This document shows, in pieces, positions 59,592-64,000 of a DNA stretch of 64,000 nucleotides; position 1 is the stretch's first letter, and every line of letters begins with the position of its first letter. Both the position numbers and the translations under genes were made by a program. The stretch is from Escherichia phage Ec_Makalu_003. Below the pieces are notes generated by a model, which worked only from the letters and a program-made list of their open reading frames with translations, had not been told where the DNA came from and made no database searches. Location of the stretch: sequence record MN882349.1; one strand, given 5' to 3'.

Positions 59592-61080
59592 CGAATACCT
59601 CTTTTACTGTATTTGCAGTGGTCTTGTCGTAGCGAATACGTTTGATGATTGGGAGAAATAAAGAGAACTCCGGTTCATCTTCTTTACGTGATTTGCTGCG
59701 GATATATCCGTTGCATGTCATCTCAATGACTTTTCCGATCAGGTTATGACGGTCAGCCCATAACATTTCTCGGTCGAGTTCATTTCGACGATCGAACGGA
59801 ATTACACGTTCAATACCATCATCATCTTTTTCGGTTGTGGTGTCGGTCAATCCCGATCCGGTGTTAGTCGTCATTCGTCCGCACGCACTACGGACAGTAA
59901 AACCGCCTACCTTGTTAGGATCTTTACTATGCGGATATACATCAACAATTTCCGCGTCGAAGTCAATCACTTCTTTAAATTTAACCTGATCTTTACTGCG
60001 ACGATCTTCAAATACACCATGTAAATTTTTAAGGATAATACCTTCTAATCCCATGTTGACATAACGATGATATACTTCGCGAGCTTCATCGATATTGTTA
60101 ACTACAGTGTTTTCGATTATCTGAACACGAGGATCGTTAAGTTCTTCAACAATCTGTTTTAGTTCTTCGAATCGATCTTTATATTGCTTCGTTGCTTTCT
60201 CGTTTCCGTAATACACATCACGGTCGATAACATCCCAGACAGTGTAAACAATACATTGGGCTTCTTCTTTTGGAATAGTTCCTTTCAGTGATTTGTTGAG
60301 GATACCATTTCCGGTCTGACGGTCTGCAACAACGGATTCTTTCACTGCTTCCGCTACTGGCGTTAATGGCATTTCCTCTTCTTCAAATATCCATGATAGA
60401 GTACCATCATAAACGCTCTCAACGAAGTTCTGCGCTGGTGTTTGAGAAAGGGTAGGCATATATACCAACTCACCATCTAAAACAATTCCACGGCCTCGTA
60501 GACGCTCTAAAACAGCAAACAAATCATCCAGCCCCTGATAGGTATTACCTGAACGGGTATAGATTGCTAATGTTTCTCCGTCAATATCAGCCATACCACG
60601 AGCGCCATCGCTTTTAAGTTGTGCATACGCCGGATATTTGATATTGGCAATAGTCTTATCAGAACATGACGATGCAAGGTGGCACGGCTGCTGAGGAATC
60701 AGCTTCTTCCATACCTTGTTTGCGGTGGTAGCGGAACAACCGCATTCCAGATCACGATTCAGGACCATCATTGCAACTTTAGCATCATCTTCTGACAAGC
60801 AAGTCAGAGTATCGGTAACTAGCTGTAATGCAGCATTACCAGTTACTTGACGCGTGGCAAGTTTATTTTTAAAGACCTGTAATGCACCGGATAAAGACAA
60901 TACAGACGAATAGCGAGACGGTTTATCGTATTTCTTTACGCCAAACGTAACCTGCTTGCAATATGCCAGATAAAAGCATTCTTTCAGCGTTTCATTGCTT
61001 GCAGATTCTTTCAGGATCTTTTCTTTCAGCGATGTTTTGTCAGTGGCTGCAAGCTGATTAATGATATTAAGAATTGACAT
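59584..61080 (-). CDS. 30: ATP-dependent DNA ligase gp30
   Basis: 498 aa from ATG 61080 (track uses upstream GTG 61086); motif I KYPAYAQLKSDGARG; TGNAA, MVLNRDLECG, ANKVWKKLIPQQP match recalled T4 DNA ligase. Confidence 0.9.
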   Translation of the reverse strand: MSILNIINQLAATDKTSLKEKILKESASNETLKECFYLAYCKQVTFGVKKYDKPSRYSSVLSLSGALQVFKNKLATRQVTGNAALQLVTDTLTCLSEDDAKVAMMVLNRDLECGCSATTANKVWKKLIPQQPCHLASSCSDKTIANIKYPAYAQLKSDGARGMADIDGETLAIYTRSGNTYQGLDDLFAVLERLRGRGIVLDGELVYMPTLSQTPAQNFVESVYDGTLSWIFEEEEMPLTPVAEAVKESVVADRQTGNGILNKSLKGTIPKEEAQCIVYTVWDVIDRDVYYGNEKATKQYKDRFEELKQIVEELNDPRVQIIENTVVNNIDEAREVYHRYVNMGLEGIILKNLHGVFEDRRSKDQVKFKEVIDFDAEIVDVYPHSKDPNKVGGFTVRSACGRMTTNTGSGLTDTTTEKDDDGIERVIPFDRRNELDREMLWADRHNLIGKVIEMTCNGYIRSKSRKEDEPEFSLFLPIIKRIRYDKTTANTVKEVFDV

Positions 61081-61546
61081 TTTCACCTCGTTTTGTTAAA
61101 CGTTCACGAATATCATTTAGGATACTACAAAATTCCGATTCGGTCAATATGGTCTTTAACGGATCAGTTCCACCTATGCTATGACGCAATTTCTTATTTC
61201 CGGTAGCGAGCAATGCTTTACAAAAATCTGGGTTATTTCGTGCCATCGTAACAAATGCCAGATGTACCAGTCTGTAATAATGCTCACTCATTCGATGAAT
61301 CGGGCGACCCTGAAAATATAGCATGTGATTCTCTATCTTTTCAGTCCTTCCGGTTCTTTTTGCTTTGCAGCCGTGCATCAAAAAGATTTCTCTTTGTCTC
61401 TGAGGGTTCTTAAATCTTAGCCCCTGTAAAAATCCTTCTGTGCTGTTAATATCGCAACCAAATAGACGGAATGGCCTTTTATTGAAATTACTCAACTCGC
61501 CAGATGGATAAGGTCCACCCGCATAGATATCAATTTCAGAAGTCAT
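61067..61546 (-). CDS. NADAR (YbiA-like) domain protein
   Basis: 159 aa; LSNF, INSTEGFLQGLRF, AKRTGR, CKALLATGNKKL...ILNDIRERL parallel the YbiA/NADAR pattern (FSNF, TSEHYFQAQKF, GR, ALLLAT...). Confidence 0.6.
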   Translation of the reverse strand: MTSEIDIYAGGPYPSGELSNFNKRPFRLFGCDINSTEGFLQGLRFKNPQRQREIFLMHGCKAKRTGRTEKIENHMLYFQGRPIHRMSEHYYRLVHLAFVTMARNNPDFCKALLATGNKKLRHSIGGTDPLKTILTESEFCSILNDIRERLTKRGENVNS

Positions 61547-61700
61547 TGAAACTAATCTCGCTAATCAGAGAGAACGGATCATAATCGTCATGAGGAATAT
61601 CGATAGTAATCGAGTGAGGATTTACCCATACACCAAACTGGTCTTCTTCGGTGAATACTTCGGTATGGATTTCGTGGATGTTTACATTCATAGTTTTCAT
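61536..61700 (-). CDS. hypothetical small protein (54 aa)
   Basis: Minus-strand ORF between gene 31 and the NADAR gene, stop overlapping the NADAR start; below track cut-off. Confidence 0.4.
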   Translation of the reverse strand: MKTMNVNIHEIHTEVFTEEDQFGVWVNPHSITIDIPHDDYDPFSLISEISFNDF

Positions 61701-61743
61701 AATAAAAATTCCTTAATAATCAATAACTTACAAAATCATATAG

Positions 61744-61772
61744 CCAAAATATAGGCGGGATTATTTCCCGCC
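61744..61772 (-). terminator. terminator-like hairpin after gene 31 (minus strand)
   Basis: Hairpin GGCGGGAAATAATCCCGCC followed by a T-rich run on the minus strand. Confidence 0.5.
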
Positions 61773-61783
61773 GTTTAAACTCA

Positions 61784-62107
61784 TTAACCGTAAACTACCA
61801 CAATATTCTGTTTGTGTGTTACAGTCCATTTCAGGTCGATCTCTTCTTCCTTCTTAACGCCGTTAATAACGTCTGGATGAGGAACTTTATTCATCTTGCC
61901 GTGTGGCAGTAGAACAGTTTTACCCAGCAATTCTTTATCTACAGTTTCACCAATATCAATAATCTTACCTACCAGCGGAATCTCGCCCATAGTGCGCTTT
62001 TGCTCAATAATGATCCCCATAGAGCTTTTTACTTCGGTTCCTGCGCTTTCTGCTTTAGCTTCGATAATTACATAATCACCAAGTGCTTTAGGAGTTTTAA
62101 CGGTCAT
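61784..62107 (-). CDS. 31: co-chaperonin gp31 (GroES-like)
   Basis: 107 aa (T4 gp31 111 aa); GDYVIIEA and KMNKVPHP resemble T4 gp31 and the GroES fold; SD GAGGTAA. Confidence 0.8.
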   Translation of the reverse strand: MTVKTPKALGDYVIIEAKAESAGTEVKSSMGIIIEQKRTMGEIPLVGKIIDIGETVDKELLGKTVLLPHGKMNKVPHPDVINGVKKEEEIDLKWTVTHKQNIVVVYG

Positions 62108-62147
62108 AATTTCTTACCTCTTCAAATCAATACAGTTTAATGATGAA

Positions 62148-62462
62148 TTATTTATAAATTTCGACGATCTGCGCTGGAGTCAGCCCGTCTACATTAATCA
62201 GACTATCAAGCCCAAAACTACGGAAACCTTCAACTGCAATTTCATATACTGGCAAAGATGTTTCTGATTCTTTACGCGGTTTTTCTACATTAGGAACTAA
62301 CCATTTTTCGTATGTTTCAAAAGGCATCAGTGCCGGATCTCGCGTGGCGATCATCTCGCGGACAGTACCATCTTTCTTAGTAAACTGCAAAGAGTGAGTA
62401 CCGACCGAAAACATTTTCTTTAGTGCTTCACGAAGTGCGATAATATCAATTTGTTCAGTCAT
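62148..62462 (-). CDS. hypothetical protein
   Basis: 104 aa from ATG 62462 (track uses upstream TTG 62468); sits between cd and gene 31. Confidence 0.55.
   Translation of the reverse strand: MTEQIDIIALREALKKMFSVGTHSLQFTKKDGTVREMIATRDPALMPFETYEKWLVPNVEKPRKESETSLPVYEIAVEGFRSFGLDSLINVDGLTPAQIVEIYK
62149..62156 (-). promoter_or_regulatory. T4-type late promoter TATAAATA upstream of gene 31 (minus strand)
   Basis: Minus-strand TATAAATA about 41 nt upstream of the gene 31 ATG, inside the 3' end of the upstream ORF. Confidence 0.45.
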
Positions 62463-62961
62463 TATCAATACCCTTCAAATCAGTCAGTAATGCTTTTGGA
62501 ATACGCGTAACCGTAATGTCAGCTTTATCCAAAATATCAGCCCAATCACGCCCACCATTTCGATCATATGTGTCGCAATAGTATAGATGTTTAATTCCAC
62601 TGTTTGCAATTGCTTTAGCGCAATCTGGACACGGTGAAGCCGTACACCACATACTAGCTCCTTCAATCGATACACCGCTACGGGCAGCAAACAAAATAGC
62701 ATTTAATTCAGCATGGATCTCGTTTTTCTGTGACCATGCACTATGCTCTGGTCGTTTTTCTGGGATCATTTTACCTTCATCATCCAGCCAACCGCTTTTA
62801 TGTGCATGACAGCTACAGTTTTCTTGTCCTGCTGGAGTACCATTAAATCCAGTAGAAATGATTCGCCCGTCTTTTTCAATTAGTGCGCCTACCTTCCACG
62901 AAACACATTTAGAGTTCTTTGCGATCAGGTAGGCGATCTGCATGTAAGTTTGTGATAACAT
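62455..62961 (-). CDS. cd: dCMP deaminase
   Basis: 168 aa from ATG 62961 (SD GAGGA); HAELNAI and PCPDCAKAI zinc-binding motifs; QIAYLIAKNSKCVSWKVGALIEKDGRIISTGFNG matches recalled T4 Cd. Confidence 0.9.
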   Translation of the reverse strand: MLSQTYMQIAYLIAKNSKCVSWKVGALIEKDGRIISTGFNGTPAGQENCSCHAHKSGWLDDEGKMIPEKRPEHSAWSQKNEIHAELNAILFAARSGVSIEGASMWCTASPCPDCAKAIANSGIKHLYYCDTYDRNGGRDWADILDKADITVTRIPKALLTDLKGIDND

Positions 62962-62982
62962 AATATAATCCTCACATATCAA

Positions 62983-63186
62983 TTAACCGTATACGCGAAA
63001 GTATTCTACTGACCCGTCGCTATACTGTTTTACATTGAATGTATTCACACCATGATTATTTCTCATGATGACATATAAACTACGACGTTCATCGCTAAAC
63101 GGCATAACTGGTGCTGGTTCAATGTCAACATTAAAACCACGTTTAGCAAGTGCTTCGCCTAATTTCTTGATTTTATCGGTAAACAT
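62983..63186 (-). CDS. hypothetical protein
   Basis: 67 aa; sits between pseT and cd. Confidence 0.5.
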   Translation of the reverse strand: MFTDKIKKLGEALAKRGFNVDIEPAPVMPFSDERRSLYVIMRNNHGVNTFNVKQYSDGSVEYFRVYG

Positions 63187-64000
63187 TAAAAGTCTCCGTA
63201 GTTAACCTGAAAACATTCTACACCGATTGTGCGGTACATGTCAACCACTTGGTCACGGTCATCCACTGCCAAAACAACATGATAACGTGGTGCAATTTCC
63301 GAGAAAAAGATCTCTTTCTTCACTTCATGATCTGGACGTCGATCATTAGTTTCACGTTGAAAGTGATCGCTAGGTTCAATACCCTGTTCACGCAACCATT
63401 GCAGAGTATCTTCTTCGCAAACATCCTCACGCCCTGAGCATGTAATGATACGATAACCATTATCACGATACAGTTTAAGCATTTCGATCACTTGCGGACG
63501 CGGTTTATCTTCTTTGACCTTTGTCCAGTCAAACGGATGACGACCGCCCTTATCCGCTAATGTTCCATCAATATCAAAGATCACTGCCTTTGGCAGCATG
63601 GTATTCGGTTTGTATACTTCTTGACCCATATATTCTTGCATCAGATAAAATTGGTTACGTAAATGAGATAGCGGAATTGCTTTCTCGCCGCGATAGAAAT
63701 TACGTTTCTTTAGTGTCTCAAACGGTTCATTGAACACTTGTTCAGTATACACCGCGTTAAATTCTTTTGCAAGTTCTTTGTAGAATACACGATGTTTTTC
63801 TTTCAGGTTGGTATCAGAGATAATTATACTCAATCCGCGTGATAGAGTCTCGCGAGCAATCATTCTCTGAACAGACTCTACCAGCTTTTCCTTTTCCTTA
63901 GTATATTTGTATTTCAAAGGTGAGTCAACACCAAACAACATAAGACGAAGATCATCACGATTCACATTACGATAATTACTAAACCGTTTACACGTTTCCA
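63186..64000 (-). CDS. pseT: polynucleotide kinase / 3'-phosphatase PseT, partial (5' end beyond window)
   Basis: HAD phosphatase motif VIFDIDGTL; NRDD, KYKYTKEKE, IISDTNL, GVECFQVNYGDF match recalled T4 Pnk; the frame stays open upstream of the track GTG start, so the Walker A part lies outside the window. Confidence 0.85.
   Translation of the reverse strand, partial: ETCKRFSNYRNVNRDDLRLMLFGVDSPLKYKYTKEKEKLVESVQRMIARETLSRGLSIIISDTNLKEKHRVFYKELAKEFNAVYTEQVFNEPFETLKKRNFYRGEKAIPLSHLRNQFYLMQEYMGQEVYKPNTMLPKAVIFDIDGTLADKGGRHPFDWTKVKEDKPRPQVIEMLKLYRDNGYRIITCSGREDVCEEDTLQWLREQGIEPSDHFQRETNDRRPDHEVKKEIFFSEIAPRYHVVLAVDDRDQVVDMYRTIGVECFQVNYGDF

Overview
This window is a segment of a T4-like (Tevenvirinae-type) myophage genome, about 40% GC, densely coding on both strands. 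All calls rest on reading the sequence, recalled similarity to T4 proteins, and gene order; no database search was run. Plus strand 285-34058 carries the late morphogenesis block in T4 order (53, 5, 5.1, 5.4, 6, 7, 8, 9, 10, 11, 12, wac, 13-24), with TATAAATA late promoters and hairpin terminators. Three insertions interrupt it: an HNH-AP2 homing endonuclease between 5.1 and 5.4; an early-promoter, terminator-insulated three-gene cassette with a putative N6-adenine methyltransferase between genes 8 and 9; and a 331-aa intein with a LAGLIDADG endonuclease that splits the Walker A P-loop of terminase large subunit gp17 and carries the class-3 (WCT) hallmarks. Downstream: a minus-strand DprA/SLOG-like gene, a small early cassette, hoc, inh, uvsW/uvsW.1, uvsY, the baseplate hub genes (25, 26, 51, 27, 28, 29, 48, 54), a lipoprotein and two ADP-ribosyltransferase paralogs (alt). 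A ~7 kb hyperplastic region (51.8-59.1 kb) follows, with 23 small minus-strand ORFs, most behind copies of a repeated sigma70-type promoter/5'UTR cassette. It contains a C5-methyltransferase-like/Zn-ribbon/DUF262 operon and a multi-copy small-protein family with an HxHW motif. The window ends with an HNH endonuclease, DNA ligase (30), a NADAR-like protein, co-chaperonin 31, dCMP deaminase and a 5'-truncated pseT. The strongest candidates for undescribed biology are the hyperplastic region with its paralog family and DNA-modification operon, the terminase intein, and the methyltransferase cassette inside the baseplate operon.
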